A DNA stretch of 64,000 nucleotides, the filler included, from Basidiobolus ranarum (Eukaryota): assembly GCA_040143965.1 (NCBI GenBank). It is 16 parts of 16 records of this genome, joined end to end, with 100 filler letters (N's around TTAATTAATTAA, not from the genome) between each part and the next. Parts side by side here need not be neighbours in the genome. Positions count along the whole stretch, not along the records: positions 1 to 3,927 come from JASJQH010009085.1; positions 4,028 to 7,954 come from JASJQH010009086.1; positions 8,055 to 11,980 come from JASJQH010009087.1; 13 more parts are not named here. One strand, 5' to 3'. A model generated the notes under the pieces. The model made no database searches and was not told where the DNA came from. It saw only the letters and a program-made list of their open reading frames with translations. Of the stretch, positions 1-12,080 are shown in pieces. How positions within the stretch are numbered: the first letter of the stretch is position 1; each line of letters starts with the position of its first letter. Made by a program: the position numbers and the translations under genes.

Positions 1-1597
1 TGTCTTAGATTCTACTGACTTAACTTTTCTGCTTTGCAACATTCATACAAATACTCCAGATCTCCATACATTAGTTAAGAAACTACAAAAGTAGTTATGG
101 CTTCTTTGTTTAGTTTGAAATAAAGATTTCACCTTTTGGTGACTGTCTCCCCCCCTAACCCAATCAGACAAATAGCTTGCCAAGAATCTTCAAGAGAAGT
201 TTGGAAATGATACTATATTAATACTTGGTAACTGGTCGGCTGGAAATGAAAAGTATCATGAGCCCAATAGAGGCGTCGGAATGAGAAAAATGTAAGCCAA
301 AGAAGGCTTCCAGCTATACCTCCTTGACTTAGGGTCTGAGTTTAAAACTTCAAATCTGTGCCCTACTTGCCAGAATGGTGAACTAGAAAAGCTTCAAAAA
401 AGTACAAAATCCTAGACCTTACAAAAGAGAAAAGTATTCTATTGTATATCGTCACGGCCTTGTAAGGTAAACGCTTTTTATATGTAAGTAGAAAATTTAA
501 ACCTAATTTCGGTTTGGATGCAAAAATCAACAGTCTTTAAAGGTCGTGGCCAATATTACTGAAGATTCTCCCCTTCGTCTTTGGAATCGTGACCTGGCTG
601 CTACTTCGACATATCTTTTTTAACTTGCGCTCAAATGGGGAAAGACCAGAACGTTTTTGCAGATTGAAGGAACCTCTCTCCACCGGGTATAAGAGAAAGG
701 GTATCTCGTCAGCTAGCAGCAGTCGGCCAACGAAAAAAGCAAACAATCCTGTGTGGTCATCGCTACACTAAACATTTGATACAGATTAAGTTTCTTTTGC
801 CATGTGTCTGAGCTTATCTCCAATTCTTTGCGATCGTCTCATTGATTATTTTTATTCGTCTCATTTTAGATTAAAACACCGTATCTGCAGTTACTAGTCA
901 CGTGAACTAGTATGTTCATTTAGTGTTAATATCAGGTAGATCATCAGTTAGGTATCGGTTGTTTGAAACATTCATTTGTTTGTTTCATTTTGGAAATCGC
1001 TAACCGGCATTGATGCTTAATGTTCAATTTAGTAATACCCAGTTGTTTACTGAGTTAGGTGTGACATTTGGTTGGAGATAAATTAGGGCTAAGCTACCCT
1101 ATCTACGACATTTACTCACTGCCACTTGTACCACAATATATACACAGTAAAATCATATTTGCAACTACCCAATAGGAGCATTTCTTCACCAGTTGCCTCA
1201 TATTTCTGTTGTAATTCCAACAGACAATTAGTTTCCTTACACGATCAGCTTAGAAATGATCATTTTCAGATAAATGAATTCATTAATTGAAAAACACTTG
1301 ATGATCGACCTGCTCTTAGTCATTCGTGAAGTCATATCGTAAAACGATGTTTTGTTGGGTTGGTTTCTTTAAACACTGTATTTGAAGCTCCATAGAACAT
1401 TGTAGTCAGTGTGTCTTGGAAAAGTGCCGACAATGCGTAAATATAGTACTTGAGCAGACAACTATTTGGTTAAGATTTTCTAATTACTTTGACTCACTGG
1501 CCTATTAGTCAGAAACAAAGTTAATAAATACGACATTTGTCACCAGAGCTTATTATCAACGGTGCCACTACTGCTACTTGAACCAATGCTGCCTACA

Positions 1598-2371
1598 ATG
1601 AAATTCACTGCTTTCGCCTTTGCCGCTATCTGGTCTATTAACGCCGCTCCAGTTGACCAGCCCAAATCTTCTGCTCAATCACACACTATAACCTTCGTCA
1701 ATCGATGCACACAGAATATCTGGCTAGCCTCGCTAACTTCCTCTGAGGTTCCTTCTCTTCCGGCTAATGGGGGCCTTCTTCCGGCTGGTGGCTCTCATGT
1801 TCTCTCCGGTATAGCTGGTTGGCAGGGGCGTTTTTGGGGTCGTACTGACTGTGACTTTAGCAACAAAAATAAGTCATCAAATGTCGCTTGTCTTACTGGT
1901 GATTGCGGCTCCGGGCAAGAATATTGTGGACAGGCAACTGGACAACCCCCAGCTTCTCTTGCCGAATTTAAATTTAACGGTTGGAATAACCTAGATTTTT
2001 ACGATATTTCACTTGTAGACGGCTACAACTTGCCTCTATCCATTGAGCCTCACTCTAAATCTGGCTCAACTAATGGGAATTCCTATACATGTGCTACACC
2101 TTCCATTGGAAAAGATATCAACCTCATTTGCCCACCGGAGCTTCAGAAAGTGGACTCGAAAGGAAAAGTAATTGGTTGCAATTCGGCATGTGTGGCGTTC
2201 GGTTCACCTGAATACTGCTGCTCTGGTGCACATAGTACTCCAGATACTTGTAGTCCATCAACTTATTCCAAAATTTTCAAAACTTCATGTCCAGGTTGCT
2301 ATAGTTACGCGTATGATGATTCCACCTCTACTTTCACTTGCTCAGGAGACTACACCATACAATTCTGCTAG
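1598..2371 (+). CDS. Secreted thaumatin-like protein (PR-5 family), intronless
   Basis: Signal peptide MKFTAFAFAAIWSINA; motifs GRFWGRTDC, CLTGDCG, PPASLAEF, DFYDISLVDGYNLP, YSYAYDD, YTIQFC; 16 Cys; REDDD acidic-cleft residues present. Confidence 0.95.
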   Translation: MKFTAFAFAAIWSINAAPVDQPKSSAQSHTITFVNRCTQNIWLASLTSSEVPSLPANGGLLPAGGSHVLSGIAGWQGRFWGRTDCDFSNKNKSSNVACLTGDCGSGQEYCGQATGQPPASLAEFKFNGWNNLDFYDISLVDGYNLPLSIEPHSKSGSTNGNSYTCATPSIGKDINLICPPELQKVDSKGKVIGCNSACVAFGSPEYCCSGAHSTPDTCSPSTYSKIFKTSCPGCYSYAYDDSTSTFTCSGDYTIQFC

Positions 2372-3927
2372 AGCCGAACTTGGCGAAAAATGAACACTTG
2401 CACTGAATCAAGTTGCTACACCTCAAGGTCAACAAGGAAACATACCATTGCATAACTAATCAATAAAGTAAACTATTCTCAACACAAAACTTATAGGTCT
2501 AAATCATATTGATTTTCTTTTAGTCTTGATTATTTTGATTCCTCTCACATTAGATTAAAACACTGTATGAAATGGTGCCCAAGTGTGATGATTATTGCAT
2601 GCAAATAATTTATTGAATGGTAAATGAATCACCACAATTACCACCGATGTTTCGATAACGTATCCAGCGATAACTGGTGATTTGCCCACAATCAGCAAAA
2701 CCGTAAGTGGATAAAGCTACAACACACGTCCACAGTGCTATAGCAATGAGTATCTATTTCTAGACAAGCCCGTTCAAGATTCAACATCGGGTGGATCAAA
2801 CTAGACGAATATATCAAAGTTAGCGCATACAAAACCTTAAATTAACTTGTAATCTGGAGACGTACATATGGATGGTCGGCTGGGCTGTATTCAGGAGGTG
2901 GTGAGACATAGGACGGAGTAGCCAAAGATGCTAGTTTAGCGTTGATTTCGTCGGGTTCATCTATAGGATCGTTGTTGGTAAGGATCTTAAGAACTCCCAG
3001 ATCGAAATTGTTGATTCTAAAATGAGATTTTTTGAAATAAGTGCCAGGTATTACACCAGTTACTTTCCCCCTAGAAACAATATATTCAATAGCATAAGTA
3101 GACGCTTAGGATGATGCTTCTAAAAACTGTCTATACCAAGCACCACTCGATAGATTGTGACTTCTGTATAGCGAGGAAAGAAGGCGGAAGTTAATCAATA
3201 TATATTACAACAACACAACTATTCTTTCATAAAACCAACCCTATGTAGTTCCATCCAATGGCATGTGAATTGGAATCCGATGTTTCGAGGGGAATGGACT
3301 TTTGTAATTTGGCTAAGAATACCTAGTGGTAGAGTGTTATCAACTACAGCTGAACAAAGATTGACCTTATGTGGCTCTCTACCTTTGAGTGACTTAAGGA
3401 TCCGGGTTGCTTGCATATCGAGTCTCTAAGAAGAGTTTTTGGGAAAGTAGGTCTAGAATAGAAGGACTCTTTGAGATGAAATTGATGATTATGCTGGTAT
3501 TGGGAAATTATTCAACGTAAGCAAAGGGGGTGGCATAGATAGGAGGAAGTAACTGAAAGTCGAATACCCCATGAGCGGAATTTTGGATGGTACTTTGCGA
3601 TGGATAAATGATATCAACGGGCAAATCTTTCATGCTATATACGTCTTTAACTGCCAGTCCGCCACTACATGACCGATAAAATTCACGTAGCCAGTATTCG
3701 TCTATCGCTCCAATAGCACTCGTCTAATCCGATATACAGTATTTAACATACAAGCTCAAAGCAATGCTTAAAATACCACCAAACCTGATACTCCAACTTC
3801 ATTTTGTTATCACTGGAATTTGACATCAAGCCATGATCTTTCAAAATACGCGCTACTCTTCGATGCCCGTATACCTGTACTTGGTTGTGCAAATGGTAAC
3901 CGGGAAAGGATGGAACTAAGCTAACCT

Positions 3928-4027
3928 NNNNNNNNNNNNNNNNNNNNNNNNNNNNNNNNNNNNNNNNNNNNTTAATTAATTAANNNNNNNNNNNNNNNNN
4001 NNNNNNNNNNNNNNNNNNNNNNNNNNN
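3928..4027. other. Artificial contig linker (N-run + TTAATTAATTAA + N-run); recurs 15 times, about every 4 kb
   Basis: Same 100-nt layout at 3928, 7955, 11981, 16005, 20028, 24051, 28073, 32088, 36102, 40113, 44124, 48134, 52143, 56149 and 60154. TTAATTAATTAA gives stops in all six frames. Confidence 0.98.
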
Positions 4028-5060
4028 ATATTTGATATCTCAGATAGTTGAATGCAATTGATATCCTGATTTGTATTAATGATGCTTTGGTAATCTATGG
4101 ATTGATACCTTACTGGGTGTCAGTATCTAGCAAATTTTTCGCTTCACTTGAAGTTGAGTCCTTTAAGGGCGTGCTTTAAAGTGATTGAGAACAATACGTG
4201 GAAGACTGTGAGGCTTGGATTTTCTGAGCGCTTTCCTCAACAGTTCCAAGATTTCACTAATGCAAACCTGAACTAAACATTATCGTACCGCATTTAACCA
4301 ATATCCTCATTATATATTTATTTAACGTTTGGATACAGTACGCTATTTGTAATCGCACACAACACCAACGAGTTACTTAGAGTAGACCATGATTATTCTC
4401 AACCAAGAACTCAGTTTCCTCCATTCTGTATGCGGTGAGTAACCAGGAATTCAATTTGAGGCTTAAAGTAACAAATGTAAAATAGGGGTGAACGGGGTTA
4501 TTCTCTATTAAGGTGCGCTTTAACAAAACAGGCAGTATGGAATGGTTTTTATATTCTTGACGTACACGCACCAGTACTCATAGCTGATTCTCATTTTGGC
4601 ATGCATATTCAAATTGTATCTTAACAATCAGACGCTTTCTCAAGTTAAATTTCTCAATTGCTCATTTTTTTACTTGATCATGTTCCAACACCACCAAAGA
4701 CATATCAATGAATCAAAGCCTCAAAGCAAGCCCTTGGATCACAAAGTACTACTGAATAGGGAATGCAAGTAAATTGGGCAAGTAATGAGGTAAGTTAATG
4801 CCATCAAAAACAATTTGGTAATTTTCACCATCATTAATATCAAAAGTTGATATTTTGAACCGATAATGCTTTTCAGTGTTTACTTTGGTGCTATACATAG
4901 TCACTATAGTAGAGTGGGAATCAGAGTGCATATTTAGTAGGAATTATCAGGTCGATAGCTTGGCTGTGCATTATTACATATGCTGGAAAATTTGATATCC
5001 TTGTGAAGCTAACATAAATGATGATCTATCCAGAAATAAAGCAGACGAGAGTGCTCACAC

Positions 5061-5307
5061 TGTTGAAATTAACAAAGCCTGAACATCTTGGAAGCTCTCA
5101 GATATATAGGTTTTTTCAAACTTGTGCTAGAACCCCAAACTTTGCACACATGTTCCTGGGACCTTCCTTAACATTCACACGTTAGTTTGCTTACATCTTG
5201 ACAAAACTATAAATGTCAACTTTCTACTCAATAAATTAATAAGTGATCACCACCAATTTCTCTATTTCTCCAAACCACTTCCAACAGGCTCACGAAATAC
5301 TTTTACA
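5061..5307 (+). mobile_element. Solo LTR, copia family A (internally deleted)
   Basis: Starts TGTTGAAATT and ends TTTTACA; colinear with the LTR at 63249-63588, which is followed by PBS and gag. Confidence 0.8.
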
Positions 5308-5571
5308 CAGAGAGTATATATTTATAAGTAAGTAGAGCTTATATTGGTCACTTTTACTTGGCCTGTACTTGTTATATTTTGTCAAACAAAAGTCAGACTT
5401 GCAAGCTAATTAGAGTACCCAAGTGTTTTCTATTTTGAAAGAAATGGTTCAAAAAATAGAACAGTGCATCACATAGCCAGTGTTCTTAACCATAGTTCTG
5501 AAGATTGAAAGTTTATAGTCATCCATAAAATGCATCACTAAGCATGTTGTCACAAAAAGGAATGTCTAAGA

Positions 5572-5811
5572 TGCTAAAGTGTTTTGAGAGTTTGCTGGAA
5601 GTGGCTTGGAGAACTAGAAGAATTGGTGGTTTTCACTTATTGATTTATTAAGTAAAAAGTTGACATCTACAGTTTTGTCGAGATGCAAACAAACAATCAT
5701 GTGGAATGTATTAAGAAAGGTCCCAGGAACATGTGTGCAAAGTTTGGGGCTTCTAGCGCAAGTTTCAAAAGATCCATATATCTGAGAACTTCTAAGTAAA
5801 TTCCTCTTGAG
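5572..5811 (-). mobile_element. Partial solo LTR, copia family A, inverted relative to 5061-5307
   Basis: Reverse complement matches the 3' ~240 nt of the family A LTR (e.g. CCCAAACTTTGCACACATGTTCCTGGGACCTT). Confidence 0.8.
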
Positions 5812-8056
5812 GTGATACCTTAGTTCAATATGGAATAACTACATACTAAACTCGTCCGACACTCCCCGAACTTTCGTACACACTTGGTAAATTTGCAGGA
5901 CAGTAGTTGACTTCGTATTGAGCGCTAGCGTATGTGTACTACAGCGATTCTCTTGAGCGCATTCGTATTTAAATAGCACCATAAATGATAAAAACTCCAA
6001 GATCACAGATAAAAATATTGGTAATAATTAGAAAAATCGAGTGAACTTCAAAAAGACAGTCAGTCAGTAGTATTAAAAATCCATACACAAGTTCGCCGCG
6101 GGTACAGCTTAAATTGCGATATCGCGTAGCCAATCATATATCAGTAAATATGTATCCACTGGTAAACGGTCTCTTTAGATTAGCAGGATGTTTTGGTGTA
6201 AACTTGAACTCGTATCATATACTCAGGAAATTCTCTCATCGGCTAATGGTTTGTAGGTAAAAAAGAAGCATAGCCTAGATGGGGTAATCTCCCAAGGAAT
6301 CAATAATGACGCTCGATGCCTTTCAACTCCAAATTGTAGAGTACAATATCTAGATGTCATTCCCTAGAAATCAGGCACAAAAGGGATAAAAGAAAACCTT
6401 TAAATCAGCCTAAAATGAGGACCCATCCGAAGTTTGGTTATCTGGAATGCTTAGTATGTAGTATTGCTAATCAACAACTTCCTTAAGTGATTTTTTTAGA
6501 TCAGGCGAGCTAGGCAGAAAGGTTTATCCAAGTGAAGCATGAGGATACTTTAAGAGACCTGGATGCTTCTGTTTGAATCTTTATTTGGGCCCAGTTGCAA
6601 AAACCCACACGATCGCTATTTGTGAATAGAAGGCGTGAGCATACGCTTTTGGATATTTCAAGAAAATATTCGATGGATATGTATGAGGCGTGCAAAGAGC
6701 TGTAGAACATTAAAAACCCACTGTAATGTTGGTTGAGATAGATGGATAGAAATGATTTTCTGATGCCTTGCTGCTTAAATCTCATCATTGAAGGTATCAC
6801 GAAGGCAACTGAAACTGCCAACATCCATGGGATATTTCAATACGTGCCACTTTCCGTTATTGTTGCAGTTGGAATGTCTCATTAATCTCAAAACAGCGAT
6901 CTAGATTGGATAGTCAAGTACAAAGACTACTCACCCTCTAGTATTGGCTAAGCAGTTTCTCAACCCGAGATCATTGATCCTAGGTAGTTTGGTGCATTCC
7001 AATTTTGTGAATACAATATTAATGGCTACACACAGAATAGTTCCATATCTCAAATGTACAATAGCCCGGAAAAGTCTAACAAGATGATTAATCTTTGCTT
7101 GATCTCAACGGAAAGAGTTAGTAAACAAAGCATCAACAATGATGCAGCTCCATTTTTACTTCATTGCATTGCGCGCCTAATAGGCCCAATAAAATCCAAC
7201 TATTTGCCAGTATCATTATAGCTAAGGGGATTGAAAATCCAAAAATAACTTCAGTGGTGCAAACTCCTTTTTTGCATTCTCAGTAGCCCATAAATGAAAA
7301 TACAACTTGAAGCAAAGTAAAGTATGCCAATACGAAACATCCATAAATAGTCATTGAAGGTGATTTTAACACTATCGGGCTGGGTTATGGAGCTTACTGA
7401 CTCGTCCGCCAACTACATTCCGCTTATCTTGTGGGGCAGATGGTAGAGATCTTCCGGTAACTCGAGTATACTACCAAAAACAGCCTTATCTGAGCATTTG
7501 GCGCCGAAGTGCTGCACTTTGCCGGCCTATGATTTGTACCAACTGCTAAATAAATGCGCAATCGACGATAAGAGATACATGTGCTCCATGGCTACTCGAC
7601 CCCGCTTTGAGATCTCAATGCTACGGACGTCACATTATAGGGCTTAATTCAATATCTATTTCCTTGAATGGCAAATGGCTTGCAGCTGGCGTTTTAACGT
7701 GATCAGAAGCAGCAGCCCTATACTCAGGGTTGTCCAGGGGCCTAAAGTATCTCGGTAATAGAGTGCGTGTTCTGATTTGGATCGCATATGATATATATCT
7801 CAGCTCATTGCAAACTGCCTGGAAGAGGTGGAGTCTAGTGGTGATTGAGGATATGTTATAGTTAGCCACTCCCAATCGATCGTAATGCGATATCTAGTTA
7901 TTAATGTGAAACCCCATAGAGTCTATCTAAATTATAGCCATACTAATTTCAAAGNNNNNNNNNNNNNNNNNNNNNNNNNNNNNNNNNNNNNNNNNNNNTT
8001 AATTAATTAANNNNNNNNNNNNNNNNNNNNNNNNNNNNNNNNNNNNNNNNNNNNAA

Positions 8057-8129
8057 GGACTCGTAGCTCAGTGGTTAGAGCACCTTGCTAGAGTGAAGGA
8101 GGTCCCAGGTTCAATTCCTGGCCAGCCCA
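8057..8129 (+). tRNA. tRNA-like sequence (probable pseudogene or SINE head), nominal anticodon AGA
   Basis: 73 nt: D-arm GCTC-AGTGGTTA-GAGC, T-arm CCAGG-TTCAATT-CCTGG, A/B boxes present; 2 acceptor-stem mismatches, a G-G pair in the anticodon stem and a short variable loop. Confidence 0.6.
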
Positions 8130-8149
8130 ATATTAATCCATAAATAATT

Positions 8150-8884
8150 TTAACAATCTCTATATTTTAGACTAATTTGTTTGTGTGATAATCCGGTGGT
8201 ATATTCAGGAAAGCTGCATGACAGACTTCTTGGCAAGATCAATTAAGATACACATTATTGTCATTTTAGCCAGGGGGTAATCTATTCCAGCAATGACACA
8301 TCTAATTGTGGCAGGACATTTGTTGACTGAAAGTTGGAGATATATTTGCTGAATTCTTTACAGAAATTTGTCAAAATCCATGAGCTTATTCTCATTGTGA
8401 CTGGTAACAAGAGTCAGCTATTTGCCAAGTGTCAGTGCTATTCAAAATTTCAGATGTTTAACAATTTATCCACTATTAGTTTGCTGGTAAAGAATGTTGA
8501 TGTTGTTGAGTTAAGTCTGATCCTTCAAGTATGTGCATATGTAGAGACCAAGCACAATAAGATTCTTGTATTTTTCAATTCTTATTATGGTGGAATACAA
8601 AGCCTAAAATATCTAAATAAATGTATGCATATTAATTCAAATTCCTACAGCAGTAAACCCAGTAATTTGCCAGTCAAAATTAGTTTTTACAAAAATTGCC
8701 AGATATTGAATAACACAAGCCTAATTTGAGGATCTATATTTTAACATGTATGAATACCATCAAAATACCATCAATAAACTGCCATCAGAATGTCAGCCAC
8801 CAATATTGTGAGGGTTCTTGGACTGCTTTGATATTTCAGAGTGTGGATCTGATTGGGATCAAATCAATTTTATTTTTGTTAGGG
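8150..8884 (+). mobile_element. CACTA-superfamily element: transposase C-terminus and terminus B (...TTTTGTTAGGG)
   Basis: ORF 8334-8729 matches 34062-34502 and 52244-52669 (KIQELILIV.GNKSQLFAKCQC); similarity between copies ends at GTTAGGG. Confidence 0.85.
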
Positions 8885-8889
8885 CTTAG

Positions 8890-9655
8890 ACTGCATTAAA
8901 GTTGTTGTTTTAGTAGCTCTATATATCTTGATTTGGTTTCAACATATTACATCAGTTCACCAAAAGCAGTTATTTTGAATTTGGTAGATAAGCAGGATTT
9001 GGTTTTCTCCAAAGTGATTTAGACATTAGATGCTACAAGAAGGTCATCTACATATAAAGCTAATAAAACTGGGTTCATCTTATCTGGTGTAAAATAGATA
9101 CTACCATCAGCATTACTCTTTTGGAATATGAAAGTTTACAAAAAGGCATCTTTATTGCTATATCAAGCTCTTGTAGATTGTATTAAGCCATAGAGTATTT
9201 TCCAGAGACTGAAAGCTTTTTTAGGCTTTTATGCATCCACATATCCTTCTGGCTAGTTGATATAGATCTACTCTTCAACCTCTCCATTTAAAAGCAGCTT
9301 TAACACCCATTAGAGATATAATAAACTGATATTTGGCTGAAATTGCCAAAATCTATCTAATCAAATTAAACTCTGCTACAGGAGTAAATTTCTGTGTAAT
9401 CTATTTTTGGGCCTTAGTACTAGCCTTTGGCTACTACTCTAGCCTTGTACTTTTCTATGTTGCAATCAGGGTTGTATTTAACTTTAAAAACCCATTGGCA
9501 TCCAATTGATTCTCTATCATCAGATAAGTTGGTTAAAAGCCAAGTTTGATTATCAATCAAAGTTGAGTACTCATCAGCAATTGCACAACTCCAGAATTTT
9601 GTGTGGGGTCCATTCAGGCCCCTTTTACTGTCCAGGGTTCATGTACTTGGACTGT
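8890..9655 (-). mobile_element. Degenerate Ty1/copia reverse transcriptase fragment
   Basis: Minus strand near 9430-9500 reads GCQWVFKVKYNPDCNIEKYKARVVAKG, a copia RT signature; stops and frameshifts elsewhere. Confidence 0.8.
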
Positions 9656-9660
9656 GCAGG

Positions 9661-9946
9661 CACTTACTGGTTTATTGAGTAGAAAGTTGACATTTATAGT
9701 TTTGTCAAGATGTAAACAAACTAACATGTGGAATGTGTTAAGCAAGGTCCCACAAACATGTGTGCTAAGCTTGGAGTTTGAACAGAAGTTTGAGAAATGT
9801 TAATATCTGAGAATTTCTAAGTTAGTAAAACTAATATAAGTAAATTCCAATTGAGAAAATTTGATGATGACTTGGTAAATTAAAATGTTACTAGGGACTA
9901 AGCTATATAGGACTATCTAAGCATTTAGGCAAGGCTAATTTCAACA
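9661..9946 (-). mobile_element. Partial LTR, copia family A
   Basis: Reverse complement starts TGTTGAAATTAGCCTTGCCTAAA and matches 63249 onward. Confidence 0.8.
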
Positions 9947-10579
9947 GCATCACAGCAGATGAAAAATGGAATTATTTTACTTTGATAGGAAAGAATGACA
10001 ACTCAGAAATTTTACATAATACAATCAGTTTGCATCCGACATATTAAGACAGAAGCCTAGGCAAATCAGCAACTAACTGTTAAATTTCACTTACCTAGTA
10101 ATTTTTCTACAGATACATAGGAGAGGTAGGTTTCCAGAGGGATATATATGCCTCACATGCTTGCTTTGGCTTTTGAATTTGTGTACATGGGCTTACTCAA
10201 AATTAGCTTTCTGATCAGGATTTGTGTAACCTCATGAATGAATAGGCCAAGAAAGAATAATTTTGGTTATACATCTGAGGATCAAATTGTAACCTCCAAT
10301 GGAGCCCATGTATGGTGTCCAGCAGCAAACTAACTCAAAACCTTGAACTTTACTGATCTAATGAAGCAGTTTAATGCCATGTCCCTGACCTGTTAGAACA
10401 GGAGAAATTACCCAAACATATCTATAGGGTATTGGTCTAGAGATTTGCATTAGTTTGACAAATAATGGTAATGATAGGTTTGCTGCATGGCTGGGCTTTG
10501 TATTTTATATATGCTGGTAAATAACTATCACTTGAGCTACTATGATTAGCAAGTCACAACAACCTGCCACACTAAATAT

Positions 10580-11210
10580 GCCTAACAGAAATAAAATCAA
10601 TTTGATCCAGATTGATCCACCCTTCTAAATTGCAAAAGCATCAGAGAACTGGCACAACATTTGTGGTGAGCATTCTGCCAGGGATCTTGATGGTTCAATG
10701 GCAGCTTCTGGATGGTACTTTCACAGTATTCACACAGGTTGAAATATTGATCCTTATACTTGGCATAGATTATTTAATTTCCTACAATTATTGAAAAAAT
10801 CTAAATTTTGAATAGCAAATAACTGGGTTTACTGCTGTAGGAATTCAAATCAATACATATGCTGTCATTTAGATATTTTAGGCTTTGTACTCCAGCCATC
10901 ATGAGAATCAAAAAAATAAGAATCTTGTTGTGTTTAGTCTCTGCATATGCATATATTTGAGTGATCAGATATAACTCAACAACATCTACATGCTTAACAA
11001 GCAAACTAAAGTGAAAAATTGCTAAACATCTGATATTTTGAATAGCACTGACATTTAGCAAATAACTGACTGTTGTTACTGGTGACTATGAACATAAGCT
11101 CTTGGATTTTGGCAAATTTCCATGTAGATTTCAGCAAAAATATTCCCAACTTGAAATTGGCAAATGTCCTGCCACAAGTAGATGTGTCATGGCTTGAATA
11201 GATTACCCCG
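10580..11210 (-). mobile_element. CACTA-superfamily element: terminus B and transposase C-terminus
   Basis: Starts (G)CCTAACAGAAATAAAATCAATTTGATCC; ORF 10801-11061 matches the other copies. Confidence 0.8.
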
Positions 11211-11244
11211 TTTCTTGCTATTCCAAGTTATGTCTGCTTCAATA

Positions 11245-11980
11245 CCCAAATAGAAATCTGAGTATTATTATGGTAGGAAGACCATCATAATTTTAATCCA
11301 CTTGGAATTGACCATATAAACTTGTGAAGTTAGATTTGATTTTGATCAATTTTTTCAGTTTCAGGAGAGAAAGTTCACAATCTTGCAAAACAGTTGTGCA
11401 TGATTGGCTACAATCTCAGAGAACTATGGATCAAAACATGTGAAAAAAATGTATATATATATAAATTTACCACTTCAATGTTAATTTGTCATCTTAGAAA
11501 TTCCTAGTTTCTTTGATACATTCTCCTGAATATTTTTATAGAGTTCCATGTACCCAAGGTCAAGCTCATACACAACACAAGTTTGTGTCCATATCTCCAT
11601 TACAGCCCACCATTGTATCAACATTGCTCCATTAACATTTTTCCAGCTATCTGGAAGATACCATGCAAATTTTGCCACTCTGTATAGAGTACTTTCCAGA
11701 TATCTGCACACTCACTACCAGACTGAAGGTCAAGTTGAATGTTCTTCTTCTGAAGCCACTTTCTGCTTACTTGCACTGCATTTTTCCCTTCATACTTTTG
11801 AAAATACTCCCCAAGCACTTTGACTATTTTTGTACATCCTTGTAGTGTGATGCTACTGAGAGTGCTATGTGGTGTTTGTGCAGCTTTTTGCTTGCCTTTA
11901 CCTTTGGGACTAATTTCAACACTTTGAAAAGTACCAGTTGAGGTTGGAGAGCCGTGAGGTTTTTTTTGTGGTGGTTTTGG
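11245..11980 (-). mobile_element. CACTA-superfamily element: terminus A and 3' part of second gene (ORF2)
   Basis: Colinear with 22512-23240 and, inverted, with 53900-54509; frameshifted LGEYFQKYEGKNAVQVSRKWLQ...AWYLPDSWKNV. Confidence 0.8.
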
Positions 11981-12080
11981 NNNNNNNNNNNNNNNNNNNN
12001 NNNNNNNNNNNNNNNNNNNNNNNNTTAATTAATTAANNNNNNNNNNNNNNNNNNNNNNNNNNNNNNNNNNNNNNNNNNNN

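Noticed and set aside
5087-5796. 710-bp MITE with long TIRs
   Set aside because: The arms are copia family A LTRs; no matching TSD seen.
6100-7900. Possible decayed LINE or pseudogene (ORFs 6510-6824, 7630-7875)
   Set aside because: No recognisable RT or endonuclease motif in the frames I read.
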